From Eledone cirrhosa (taxonomy: Eukaryota), in the NCBI GenBank assembly GCA_964016885.1, contig OZ024753.1, forward strand, positions 23,312,001-23,376,000: 64,000 nucleotides of DNA, read 5' to 3'. Positions within the stretch are counted from its first letter, which is position 1. Each line of letters starts with the position of its first letter. The position numbers and the translations under genes are program-made. This document shows positions 30,701-44,660 of this stretch, piece after piece. The notes beneath the pieces were generated by a model. The model made no database searches and was not told where the DNA came from. It saw only the letters and a program-made list of their open reading frames with translations.

Positions 30701-31200
30701 TCTTTCAATGACAGTCAAAACCTACTCTTTCAATGACAGTCAAAACCCATTCTTTCAATGACAGTCAAAACCCACTCTTTCAATGTCAGACAAAACCTAC
30801 TCTTTCAATGACAGTCAAATCCCACGCTTTCAATCACAGTGTCATAACCCACTCTTTCAATGATAGTCAAAACCCACTATTTCAATGATAATGTCAAACC
30901 TACTCTTTCAATGAATGTCAAAACCCACTCTTTCAATGACGATGTCAAAACCCACTCTTTCAATGACAGTCAAAACACAATCTTTCAATGAGAATCAAAA
31001 CCCACTCTTTAAATGACAGTCAAAACCTACTCTTTCAATGTCAGTCAAACCCACTATTTCAATGACAGTCAAAACACACTCTTTCAATGACAGTCAAAAC
31101 CCACTCTTTCAATGACCGTCAAAACCAACTCTTTCAATGACAGTCAAAAACCCACTCTTTCAATGACAGCTAACACCCACTTTTTCATTGACAATGTCAA
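27790..31200. repeat. 1816-bp tandem duplication (second copy slightly truncated)
   Basis: GAGAGCTAAC at 28021/29837. Shared private variants ACCTACCCCTTTC, CTCTGTCAAT, GACATCCAAAA, TGTCAGACAAAA and ATCCACTATTTGAAT. Confidence 0.85.
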
Positions 31201-33029
31201 AACACACTCTTTCAATGACAGTCAAAACCCACTCTTTCAATGACAGTCAAAACCCACTCTTTCAATGACAGTCAAAACCTACTCTTTCAATGACAGCCAA
31301 ACCCACTCTTTCAATGACAGTCAAAACCCACTCTTTCAATGACAGTCAAAACCTACTCTTTCAATGACAGCCAAACCCACTCTTTCAATGACAGTCAAAA
31401 CCAACTCTTTCAATGACAATGTTAAAACCCACTCTTTCAATGACAATGTCAAAACCTACTCTTTCAATGACAGCCAAAACCTACTCTTTCCATGACAATG
31501 TCAAAACCCACTCTTTCAATGACAGTCAAAACCCACTCTTTCAATGACAATAAAAACCCACTCTTTAAATGACAGTCAAAACCTACTCTTTCAATGACAA
31601 TGTCAAAACCCACTCTTTCAATGACAGTCAAAACCCACTTTTCCAATGACAGTCAAAACCTACTCTTTCAATGACAATGTCAAAACCCATTCTTTCAATG
31701 ACAGTCAAAACCTACTCTTTCAATGACAGTTAAAACCCACTCTTTCAATGACAATGTCAAAACCCACTCTTTCAATGACAATGTCAAAACCTACTCCTTC
31801 AATGACAGCTAAAATCTACTCTTTCAATGACAATGTCAAAACCCACTCTTTCAATGACAGTCAAAACACAATCTTTCAATGAGAATCAAAACCCACTCTT
31901 TAAATAACAGTCAAAACCTACTCTTTCAATGACAGCCAAAACCTACTCTTTCAATGACAATGTCAAAACCCACTCTTTCAATGACAGTCAAAACCCACTC
32001 TTCCAATGACAGTCAAAACCTACTCTTTCAATGACAGTCAAAACCCACTCTTTCAATGTCAGGCAAAACCTACTCTTTCAATGACAGTCAAATCCCACTC
32101 TTTCAATCACAGTGTCATAACCCACTCTTTCAATGACAATCAAAACCCACTATTTCAATGATAATGTCAAACCTACTCTTTCAATGAATGTCAAAACCCA
32201 CTCTTTCAATGACAGTCAAAATCCACTCTTTCAATGACAATCAAAACCCACTCTTTCAATGAGAGGCAAAACCCACTCTTTCAATGACAATGTCAAAACC
32301 TATCTTTCAATGAGAGTCAAATCCCACTCTTTCAATGACAATGTCATAACCTACTCTTTCAATGACAGCCAAAACCTACTCATTCAATGACATTAAAAAC
32401 CCACTCTTTAAATGACACTCAAAACCTACTCTTTCAATGACAGTCAAAACCTACTCTTTCAATGACAGTCAAAACCCATTCTTTCAATGACAGTCAAAAC
32501 CCACTCTTTCAATGTCAGGCAAAACCTACTCTTTTGATACAGTCAAATCCCACTCTTTCAATCACAGTGTCATAACCCACTCTTTCAATGAATGTCAAAA
32601 CCCACTCTTTCAATGACAATGTCAAAACCCACTCTTTCCATGACAATGTCAAAATCTACTCTTTCAATGACAGCCAAAACCTACTCTTTCAATGACAATG
32701 TCAAAACCCACTCTTTCAATGACAGTCAAAACCCACTCTTTCAATGACAATAAAAACAAACTCTTTAAATGACAGTCAAAACCTACTCTTTCAATGACAG
32801 TCAAAACCTACTCTTTCAATCACAATGTCAAAACCCACTCTTTCAATGACAGTCAAAACCCACTTTTCCAATGACAGTCAAAACCTACTCTTTCAATGAC
32901 AATGTCAAAACCCATTCTTTCAATGACAGTCAAAACCCACTCTTTCAATGACAGTCAAAACCCACTCTTTCAATGACAATGTCAAAACCCACTCTTTCAA
33001 TGACAGTCAAAACCCACTCTTTCAATGAC

Positions 33030-34075
33030 AATGTCAAAAACCACTCTTTCAATGGCAGTCAAAACCCACTCTTTCAATGAAAATGTTAAAACCCACTCTC
33101 TCAATGACAATGTCAAAACCTACTCTTTCAATGACAGTCAAAATCCACTATTTCAATGACAGTAAAAACCCACTCTTTCAATGACAATGTCAAATCCCAC
33201 TCTTTCAATGACAGTCAAAACCCACTCTTTCAATGACCGTAAAAACCTACTCTTTCAATGTCAGCCAAAACCCACTCTTTCAATGACAAGCCAATCCCAC
33301 TCTTTCAATGACAATGTCAACACCTACACTTTCAAAACCTACCATTTCAATAACAGTATAAACACACTTTTTCAATGACAGTCAAAACCCACTTTTTCAA
33401 TGACAGTCAAAACCCTCTCTTTCAATGACAGTCAAAACCCACTATTTCAATGTTAGCCAAAACCCACTCTTTCAATGTCAGCCAAAACCCACTCGTTCAA
33501 TGACAATGTCAAAACCTACTCTTTCAATAACAGTCAAAACCCACTTTTTAAATGAGAGTCAAACCCCACTCTTTCAATGACAGTCAAAAACCCACTTTTT
33601 CAATGACAATGTCAAAACCTACTCTTTCAATGACAGTCAAAACCCACTCTTTCAATGACAATGTTAAAACCCACTCTCTCAATGACAATGTCAAAACCTA
33701 CTCTTTCAATGACAGTCAAAATCCACTCTTTCAATGACAACCAAAACCCACTCTTTCAATGACAGTCAAAACCCACTCTTTCAATGACACTCAAAACCCA
33801 CTCTTTCAATGACAGCCAAAACCAACTCTTTCAATGAAAATGTCAACACCCACTCTTTCGATGACAATGTCAAAACTCACACTTTCAATGACAGTCGAAA
33901 CCCACTCTTTCAATGACAGTTAAAACCCACTCGTTCAATGACAATGTCAAAACCCACTCTTTCAATGACAGTCAAAACCCACTCTTTCAATGACAATGTC
34001 AAAAACCACTCTTTCAATGGCAGTCAAAACCCACTCTTTCAATGAAAATGTTAAAACCCACTCTCCCAATGACAA
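33030..34075. repeat. Island of domain-B type monomers inside domain A
   Basis: First occurrence of B markers (ACCTACCATTTCAATAACAGTATAAACACACTTTTTC ~33337, GACAAGCCAATCCC, GTCGAAACCC, CACTCGTTC, ACTCACACTTTC). Near-copy of ~36700-37800 (identical ORF-track entries at 33181 and 36853). Confidence 0.8.
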
Positions 34076-36700
34076 TGTCAAAACCTACTCCTTCAATGAC
34101 AGCTAAAATCTACTCTTTCAATGACAATGTCAAAACCCACTCTTTCAATCACAGTCAAAACCTACTCTTTCAATGACAGCCAAAACCTACTCTTTCAATG
34201 ACAATGTCAAAACCCACTCTTTCAATGACAGTCAAAACCCACTCTTCCAATGACAGTCAAAACCTACTCTTTCAATGACAGTCAAAACCCACTCTTTCAA
34301 TGTCAGGCAAAACCTACTCTTTCAATGACAGTCAAATCCCACTCTTTCAATCACAGTGTCATAACCCACTCTTTCAATGACAATCAAAACCCACTATTTC
34401 AATGATAATGTCAAACCTACTCTTTCAATGAATGTCAAAACCCACTCTTTCAATGACAGTCAAAATCCACTCTTTCAATGACAATCATAACCCACTCTTT
34501 CAATGACAATGTCAAAACCTATCTTTCAATGACAGTCAAATCCCACTCTTTCAATGACAATGTCATAACCTACTCTTTCAATGACAGCCAAAACCTACTC
34601 TTTCAATGACAATAAAAACCCACTCTTTAAATGACACTCAAAACCTACTCTTTCAATGACAGTCAAAACCTACTCTTTCAATGACAGTCAAAACCCATTC
34701 TTTCAATGACAGTCAAATCCCACTCTTTCAATGTCAGGCAAAACCTACTCTTTCAATGACAGTCAAATCCCACTCTTTCAATCACAGTGTCATAACCTAC
34801 TCTTTCAATGACGGTCAAAACCCACTATTTCAATGATAACGTCAAACCTACTCTTTCAATGAATGTCAAAACCCACTCTTTCAATGACAATGTCAAAGCC
34901 CACTCTTTCAATGACAGTCAAAACACAATCTTTCAATGAGAATCAAAACCCACTCTTTAAATGACAGTCAAAACCTACTCTTTCAATGTCAGTCAAACCC
35001 ACTATTTCAATGACAGTCAAAACACACTCTTTCAATGACAGTCAAAACCCACTCTTTCAATGACCGTCAAAACCCACTCTTTCAATGACAGTCAAAAGCC
35101 CACTCTTTCAATGACAGCTAACACCCACTCTTTCATTGACAATGTCAAAACCCACTCTTTTAATGACAATGTCAAAACCCACTCTTTCAATGATAGTCAA
35201 AACCCACTCTTTCAATGACAGTCAAAACATACTCTTTCAATGACAGCCAAACCCACTCTTTCAATGACAGTCAAAACCAACTCTTTCAATGACAATGTTA
35301 AAACCCACTCTTTCAATGACAATGTCAAATCCTACTCTTTCAATGACAGCCAAAACCTACTCTTTCGATGACAATGTCAAAACCCACTCTTTCAATGACA
35401 GTCAAAACCCACTCTTTCAATGACAATGTCAAAACCCACTCTTTCAATGACAATGTCAAAACCTACTCCTTCAATGACAGCTAAAATCTACTCTTTCAAT
35501 GACAATGTCAAAACCCACTCTTTCAATGACAGTCAAAACACAATCTTTCAATGAGAATCAAAACCCACTCTTTAAATAACAGTCAAAACCTACTCTTTCA
35601 ATGACAGCCAAAACCTACTCTTTCAATGACAATGTCAAAACCCACTCTTTCAATGACAGTCAAAACCCACTCTTCCAATGACAGTCAAAACCTACTCTTT
35701 CAATGACAGTCAAAACCCACTCTTTCAATGTCAGGCAAAACCTACTCTTTCAATGACAGTCAAATCCCACTCTTTCAATCACAGTGTCATAACCCACTCT
35801 TTCAATGACAATCAAAACCCACTATTTCAATGATAATGTCAAACCTACTCTTTCAATGAATGTCAAAACCCACTCTTTCAATGACAGTCAAAATCCACTC
35901 TTTCAATGACAATCAAAACCCACTCTTTCAATGAGAGGCAAAACCCACTCTTTCAATGACAATGTCAAAACCTATCTTTCAATGAGAGTCAAATCCCACT
36001 CTTTCAATGACAATGTCATAACCTACTCTTTCAATGACAGCCAAAACCTACTCATTCAATGACATTAAAAACCCACTCTTTAAATGACACTCAAAACCTA
36101 CTCTTTCAATGACAGTCAAAACCTACTCTTTCAATGACAGTCAAAACCCATTCTTTCAATGACAGTCAAAACCCACTCTTTCAATGTCAGGCAAAACCTA
36201 CTCTTTTGATACAGTCAAATCCCACTCTTTCAATCACAGTGTCATAACCCACTCTTTCAATGAATGTCAAAACCCACTCTTTCAATGACAATGTCAAAAC
36301 CCACTCTTTCCATGACAATGTCAAAATCTACTCTTTCAATGACAGCCAAAACCTACTCTTTCAATGACAATGTCAAAACCCACTCTTTCAATGACAGTCA
36401 AAACCCACTCTTTCAATGACAATAAAAACAAACTCTTTAAATGACAGTCAAAACCTACTCTTTCAATGACAGTCAAAACCTACTCTTTCAATCACAATGT
36501 CAAAACCCACTCTTTCAATGACAGTCAAAACCCACTTTTCCAATGACAGTCAAAACCTACTCTTTCAATGACAATGTCAAAACCCATTCTTTCAATGACA
36601 GTCAAAACCCACTCTTTCAATGACAGTCAAAACCCACTCTTTCAATGACAATGTCAAAACCCACTCTTTCAATGACAGTCAAAACCCACTCTTTCAATGA
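34075..36700. repeat. Domain A resumes (second block)
   Basis: A markers return (CAATCACAGTGTCATAACC at ~34348, 34779, 35776, 36231; GAGAGGC ~35933). B markers were not seen. Confidence 0.8.
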
Positions 36701-39679
36701 CAATGTCAAAAACCACTCTTTCAATGGCAGTCAAAACCCACTCTTTCAATGAAAATGTTAAAACCCACTCTCTCAATGACAATGTCAAAACCTACTCTTT
36801 CAATGACAGTCAAAATCCACTATTTCAATGACAGTAAAAACCCACTCTTTCAATGACAATGTCAAATCCCACTCTTTCAATGACAGTCAAAACCCACTCT
36901 TTCAATGACCGTAAAAACCTACTCTTTCAATGTCAGCCAAAACCCACTCTTTCAATGACAAGCCAATCCCACTCTTTCAATGACAATGTCAACACCTACA
37001 CTTTCAAAACCTACCATTTCAATAACAGTATAAACACACTTTTTCAATGACAGTCAAAACCCACTTTTTCAATGACAGTCAAAACCCTCTCTTTCAATGA
37101 CAGTCAAAACCCACTATTTCAATGTTAGCCAAAACCCACTCTTTCAATGTCAACCAAAACCCACTCGTTCAATGACAATGTCAAAACCTACTCTTTCAAT
37201 AACAGTCAAAACCCACTTTTTAAATGAGAGTCAAACCCCACTCTTTCAATGACAGTCAAAAACCCACTTTTTCAATGACAGCCAAAACCCACTCTTTCAA
37301 TGTCAGCCAAAACCCACTTTTTCAATGACAATGTCAAAACCTACTCTTTCAATGACAGTCAAAACCCACTCTTTCAATGACAATGTTAAAACCCACTCTC
37401 TCAATGACAATGTCAAAACCTACTCTTTCAATGACAGTCAAAATCCACTCTTTCAATGACAACCAAAACCCACTCTTTCAATGACAGTCAAAACCCACTC
37501 TTTCAATGACACTCAAAACCCACTCTTTCAATGACAGCCAAAACCAACTCTTTCAATGAAAATGTCAACACCCACTCTTTCGATGACAATGTCAAAACTC
37601 ACACTTTCAATGACAGTCGAAACCCACTCTTTCAATGACAGTTAAAACCCACTCGTTCAATGACAATGTCAAAACCCACTCTTTCAATGACAGTCAAAAC
37701 CCACTCTTTCAATGACAATGTCAAAAACCCCTCTTTCAATGGCAGTCAAAACCCACTCTTTCAATGAAAATGTTAAAACCCACTCTCTCAATGACAATGT
37801 CAAAACCTACTCTTTCAATGACAGTCAAAATCCACTATTTCAATGACAGTAAAAACCCACTCTTTCAATGACAATGTCAAATCCCACTCTTTCAATGACA
37901 ATCAAAACCCACTCTTTCAATGACGATGTGGAAACCCACTCTTTCAATGACAGTCAAAACCCATTCCTTCAATGACAATGTCAAAACCCACTCTTTCAAT
38001 GACCGTCAAAACCTACTCTTTCAATGACAGCCAAAACCCACTCTTTCAATGACAAGCCAAACCCACTCTTTCAATGACAATGTCAAAGCCTACTCTTTCA
38101 ACGACAGTCAAATCCCTCTCGTTCAATAACAGTGTCAAAACCCACTTTTTCAATGACAGTCAAAACCCACTCTTTCAATGACAGTCAAAACCCACTATTT
38201 CAATGACAATGTCAAAACCCACTTTTTCAATGTCAATGTCAAAACCCACTCTTTCAATGGCAATGTCATAACCCACTCTTCCAATGACAGTCAAGACCCA
38301 CTCTTTCAATGACACTCAAAACCCACTCTTTCAATGACAGCCAAAACCAACTCATTCAACGACAATGTCAAAACCCACTCTTTCAATGACAGTCAAAACC
38401 CACTCTTTCAATGACAATGTCAAAACCCACTCTTTCAATGACAATGTCAAAACCCACTCTTTCAATGACAATGTCAAAACCTACTCTTTCAATGACAGTC
38501 AAAATCCACTCTTTCAATGACAACCAAAACCCACTCTTTCAATGACAGTCAAAACCCACTCTTTCAATGACACTCAAAACCCACTCTTTCAATGACAGCC
38601 AAAACCAACTCTTTCAATGAAAATGTCAAAACCCACTCTTTCAATGACAGTCAAAACCCACTCTTTCAATGACAATGTCAAAAACCACTCTTTCAATGGC
38701 AGTCAAAACCCACTCTTTCAATGAAAATGTTAAAACCCACTCTTTCAATGACAGTCAAAACCCACTCTTTCAATGACAATGTCAAAAACCACTCTTTCAA
38801 TGACAGTCAAAACCCACTCTTTCAATGACACTCAAAACCCACTCTTTCAATGACAGCCAAAACCAACTCTTTCAATGACAATGTCAAAACCCACTCTTTC
38901 AATGACAATGTCAAAACTCACACTTTCAATGACAGTCAAAATCCACTCTTTCAATGACGATGTCGAAACCCACTCTTTCAATGACAGTCAAAACCCATTC
39001 TTTCAATGACACTGTCAAAACCCACTCTTTCAATGACAGTCAAAACCCACTCTTTCAATGACCGTCAAAACCTACTCTTTCAATGACAGCCAAAACCCAC
39101 TCTTTCAATGACAAGCCAATCCCACTCTTTCAATGACATTATCAAAGCCTACTCTTTCAATGACATTATCAAAGCCTACTCTTTCAATGACAGTCAAATC
39201 CCTCTCGTTCAATGACAGTGTCAAAACCCACTCTTTCAACGACAGTCAAATCCCACTCTTTCAATGACAATTTCAAACCTACTCTTTCAATGACAATCAA
39301 AACCCACTCTTTCAATGACAATGTCAACACCTACACTTTCAATGACAATTTCAAAACCTACCATTTCAATAACAGTATAAACACACTTTTTCAATGACAG
39401 TCAAAACCCACCTTTTCAATGACAGTCAAAACCCACTTTTTCAATGACAGTCAAAACCCACTCTTTCAATGACAGTCAAACCCACTATTTCAATGTTAGC
39501 CAAAACCCACTCTTTCAATGTCAGCCAAAACCCACTCTTTCAATGACAATGTCAAACCTACTCTTTCAATGACAGTCAAGAACCCACTTTTTCAATGACA
39601 GCCAATACCCACTCTTTCAATGACAATGTCAAAACCCACTTTTTCAATGACAATGTCAAAACCTACTCTTTCAATGACA

Positions 39680-42600
39680 GTCAAAACCCACTCTTTCAAT
39701 GACAATGTTAAAACCCACTCTCTCAATGATAATGTCAAAACCTACTCTTTCAATGACAGTCAAAACCCACTCTTTCAATGATAGTCAAAAGCCACTATTT
39801 CAATGAAAATGTCAAAACCGACTCTTTCAATGACAATGTCAAAACCCACTCTTTCAATGACAGTCAAAACCTACTCTTTCAATGACAGTCAAAACCCACT
39901 CTTTCAATGACAGTCAAAAGCCACTATTTCAATGAAAATGTCAAAACCGACTCTTTCAACGACAGTCAAATCCCACTCTTTCAATGACAATTTCAAACCT
40001 ACTCTTTCAATGACAATCAAAACCCACTCTTTCAATGAAAATGTCAACACCTACACTTTCAATGACAATTTCAAAACCTACCATTTCAATAACAGTATAA
40101 ACACACTTTTTCAATGACAGTCAAAAGCCACTCTTTCAATGACAGTCAAAACCCAATATTTCAAGGACAATGTCAAAACTCACTCTTTCAATGACAGTCA
40201 AAACCCACTATTTCAATGACAATGTCAAAACTCACTCTTTCAATGACAGTCAAAACCTACTCTTTCAATGTCAGCCAAAACCCACTCTTTCAATGACAAT
40301 GTCAAAACCCACTCTTTCAATGACAATGTCAAGACCTACTCTTTCAATGACAGTCAAAACCCACTCTTTAAATGACAGTCAAACCCCACTCTTTCAATGA
40401 CAGTCAAAAACCCACTCTTTCAATGACACCCAAAACCCACTCTTTCAATGACAATGTCAAAACCCACTTTTTCAATGAAAATGTCAAAACCGACTCTTTC
40501 AATGTCAATGTCAAAACCCACTCTTTCAATGACAGTCAAAATCCACTCTTTCAATGAATCTCAAAACTCACTCTTTCAATGACAGCCAACACCAACTCTT
40601 TCAATGACGATGTCAAAACCCACTCTTTCAATGACAATGGCAAAGCCTACTCTTTCAATGACAGTCGAAACCACTCTTTCAATGACAATGTCAAAACCCA
40701 CTATTTCAATGACAATTGCAAAACCCACTCTTTCAATGACAATGTCAAAACCTACTCTTTCAATGACTGTCAAAATCCACTCTTTCAATGAGAACCAAAA
40801 CCCACTCTTTCAATGACAGTCAAAACCCACTCTTTCAATGACACTCAAAACCCACTCTTTCAATGACAGCCAAAACTCACTCTTTCAATGACAATGTCAA
40901 AACCCACTCTTTCAATGACAATGTCAAAACTCACACTTTCAATGACAGTCGAAACCCACTCTTTCAATGACAGTTAAAACCCACTCGTTCAATGACAATG
41001 TCAAAACCCACTCTTTCAATGACAGTCAAAACCCACTCTTTCAATGTCAGCCAAAACCCACTCTTTCAATGACAATGTCAAAACCCACTCTTTCAATGAC
41101 AATGTCAAAACCTACGCTTTCAATGACAGTTAAAACCCACTCTTTAAATGAGAGTCAAACCCCACTCATTCAATGAGAGTCAAAAACCCACTCTTTCAAT
41201 GACAGCCAAAACCCACTCTTTCAATGACAATGTCAAAACCCACTTTCTCAATGACAATGTCAAAACCCACTCTTTCAATGACAGTCAAAACGCACTCTTT
41301 CAATGACAATGTTAAAACCCACTCTCTCAATGATAATGTCAAAACCTACTCTTTCAATGACAGTCAAAACCCACTCTTTCAATGATAGTCAAAAGCCACT
41401 ATTTCAATGAAAATGTCAAAACCGACTCTTTCAATGACAATGTCAAAACCCACTCTTTCAATGACAGTCAAAACCTACTCTTTCAATGACAGTCAAAACC
41501 CACTCTTTCAATGACAGTCAAAAGCCACTATTTCAATGAAAATGTCAAAACCGACTCTTTCAACGACAGTCAAATCCCACTCTTTCAATGACAATTTCAA
41601 ACCTACTCTTTCAATGACAATCAAAACCCACTCTTTCAATGAAAATGTCAACACCTACACTTTCAATGACAATTTCAAAACCTACCATTTCAATAACAGT
41701 ATAAACACACTTTTTCAATGACAGTCAAAAGCCACTCTTTCAATGACAGTCAAAACCCAATATTTCAAGGACAATGTCAAAACTCACTCTTTCAATGACA
41801 GTCAAAACCCACTATTTCAATGACAATGTCAAAACTCACTCTTTCAATGACAGTCAAAACCTACTCTTTCAATGTCAGCCAAAACCCACTCTTTCAATGA
41901 CAATGTCAAAACCCACTCTTTCAATGACAATGTCAAGACCTACTCTTTCAATGACAGTCAAAACCCACTCTTTAAATGACAGTCAAACCCCACTCTTTCA
42001 ATGACAGTCAAAAACCCACTCTTTCAATGACACCCAAAACCCACTCTTTCAATGACAATGTCAAAACCCACTTTTTCAATGAAAATGTCAAAACCGACTC
42101 TTTCAATGTCAATGTCAAAACCCACTCTTTCAATGACAGTCAAAATCCACTCTTTCAATGAATCTCAAAACTCACTCTTTCAATGACAGCCAACACCAAC
42201 TCTTTCAATGACGATGTCAAAACCCACTCTTTCAATGACAATGGCAAAGCCTACTCTTTCAATGACAGTCGAAACCACTCTTTCAATGACAATGTCAAAA
42301 CCCACTATTTCAATGACAATTGCAAAACCCACTCTTTCAATGACAATGTCAAAACCTACTCTTTCAATGACTGTCAAAATCCACTCTTTCAATGAGAACC
42401 AAAACCCACTCTTTCAATGACAGTCAAAACCCACTCTTTCAATGACACTCAAAACCCACTCTTTCAATGACAGCCAAAACTCACTCTTTCAATGACAATG
42501 TCAAAACCCACTCTTTCAATGACAATGTCAAAACTCACACTTTCAATGACAGTCGAAACCCACTCTTTCAATGACAGTTAAAACCCACTCGTTCAATGAC

Positions 42601-44660
42601 AATGTCAAAACCCACTCTTTCAATGACAGTCAAAACCCACTCTTTCAATGTCAGCCAAAACCCACTCTTTCAATGACAATGTCAAAACCCACTCTTTCAA
42701 TGACAATGTCAAAACCTACGCTTTCAATGACAGTTAAAACCCACTCTTTAAATGAGAGTCAAACCCCACTCATTCAATGAGAGTCAAAAACCCACTCTTT
42801 CAATGACAGCCAAAACCCACTCTTTCAATGACAATGTCAAAACCCACTTTCTCAATGACAATGTCAAAACCCACTCTTTCAATGACAGTCAAAACGCACT
42901 CTTTCAATGACAATGTTAAAACCCACTCTCTCAATGATAATGTCAAAACCTACTCTTTCAATGACAGTCAAAACCCACTCTTTCAATGATAGTCAAAAGC
43001 CACTATTTCAATGAAAATGTCAAAACCGACTCTTTCAATGACAATGTCAAAACCCACTCTTTCAATGACAGTCAAAACCTACTCTTTCAATGACAGTCAA
43101 AACCCACTCTTTCAATGACAGTCAAAAGCCACTATTTCAATGAAAATGTCAAAACCGACTCTTTCAACGACAGTCAAATCCCACTCTTTCAATGACAATT
43201 TCAAACCTACTCTTTCAATGACAATCAAAACCCACTCTTTCAATGAAAATGTCAACACCTACACTTTCAATGACAATTTCAAAACCTACCATTTCAATAA
43301 CAGTATAAACACACTTTTTCAATGACAGTCAAAAGCCACTCTTTCAATGACAGTCAAAACCCAATATTTCAAGGACAATGTCAAAACTCACTCTTTCAAT
43401 GACAGTCAAAACCCACTATTTCAATGACAATGTCAAAACTCACTCTTTCAATGACAGTCAAAACCTACTCTTTCAATGTCAGCCAAAACCCACTCTTTCA
43501 ATGACAATGTCAAAACCCACTCTTTCAATGACAATGTCAAGACCTACTCTTTCAATGACAGTCAAAACCCACTCTTTAAATGACAGTCAAACCCCACTCT
43601 TTCAATGACAGTCAAAAACCCACTCTTTCAATGACACCCAAAACCCACTCTTTCAATGACAATGTCAAAACCCACTTTTTCAATGAAAATGTCAAAACCG
43701 ACTCTTTCAATGTCAATGTCAAAACCCACTCTTTCAATGACAGTCAAAATCCACTCTTTCAATGAATCTCAAAACTCACTCTTTCAATGACAGCCAACAC
43801 CAACTCTTTCAATGACGATGTCAAAACCCACTCTTTCAATGACAATGGCAAAGCCTACTCTTTCAATGACAGTCGAAACCACTCTTTCAATGACAATGTC
43901 AAAACCCACTATTTCAATGACAATTGCAAAACCCACTCTTTCAATGACAATGTCAAAACCTACTCTTTCAATGACTGTCAAAATCCACTCTTTCAATGAG
44001 AACCAAAACCCACTCTTTCAATGACAGTCAAAACCCACTCTTTCAATGACACTCAAAACCCACTCTTTCAATGACAGCCAAAACTCACTCTTTCAATGAC
44101 AATGTCAAAACCCACTCTTTCAATGACAATGTCAAAACTCACACTTTCAATGACAGTCGAAACCCACTCTTTCAATGACAGTTAAAACCCACTCGTTCAA
44201 TGACAATGTCAAAACCCACTCTTTCAATGACAGTCAAAACCCACTCTTTCAATGTCAGCCAAAACCCACTCTTTCAATGACAATGTCAAAACCCACTCTT
44301 TCAATGACAATGTCAAAACCTACGCTTTCAATGACAGTTAAAACCCACTCTTTAAATGAGAGTCAAACCCCACTCATTCAATGAGAGTCAAAAACCCACT
44401 CTTTCAATGACAGCCAAAACCCACTCTTTCAATGACAATGTCAAAACCCACTTTCTCAATGACAATGTCAAAACCCACTCTTTCAATGACAGTCAAAACG
44501 CACTCTTTCAATGACAATGTTAAAACCCACTCTCTCAATGATAATGTCAAAACCTACTCTTTCAATGACAGTCAAAACCCACTCTTTCAATGATAGTCAA
44601 AAGCCACTATTTCAATGAAAATGTCAAAACCGACTCTTTCAATGACAATGTCAAAACCCA
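39680..44660. repeat. 1604-bp higher-order repeat (about 62 monomers), three essentially identical copies
   Basis: Seven ORF-track entries recur with identical translation at exact 1604 spacing (e.g. 39932/41536/43140, 40170/41774/43378, 40967/42571/44175). Private markers GACAATTGCAAAA, GAATCTCAAAACTC, CCTACGCTTTC and CACTTTCTCAAT. Confidence 0.93.

Larger units (their letters stand above)
1..33030. repeat. Satellite sub-family domain A (main block)
   Basis: Recurrent diagnostic variants: TGTCAGGCAAAA, CAATCACAGTGTCATAACCC, GATAATGTCAAACCTACTCTTTCAATGAATGTC, GAGAGGCAAAA, ACCTATCTTTC, CACAATCTTTCAATGAGAATC, ACAATAAAAACCCACTCTTTAAAT, CCACTTTTCCAAT. I did not see these after about 36.7 kb. Confidence 0.85.
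31750..37800. repeat. Duplicated ~2.3-kb segment at 3672-bp offset spanning the A/B boundary
   Basis: CTTTTGATAC at 32531/36203, AATGACAGCTAAAATCT at 31801/35473, and identical ORFs at 33181/36853. Confidence 0.85.
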
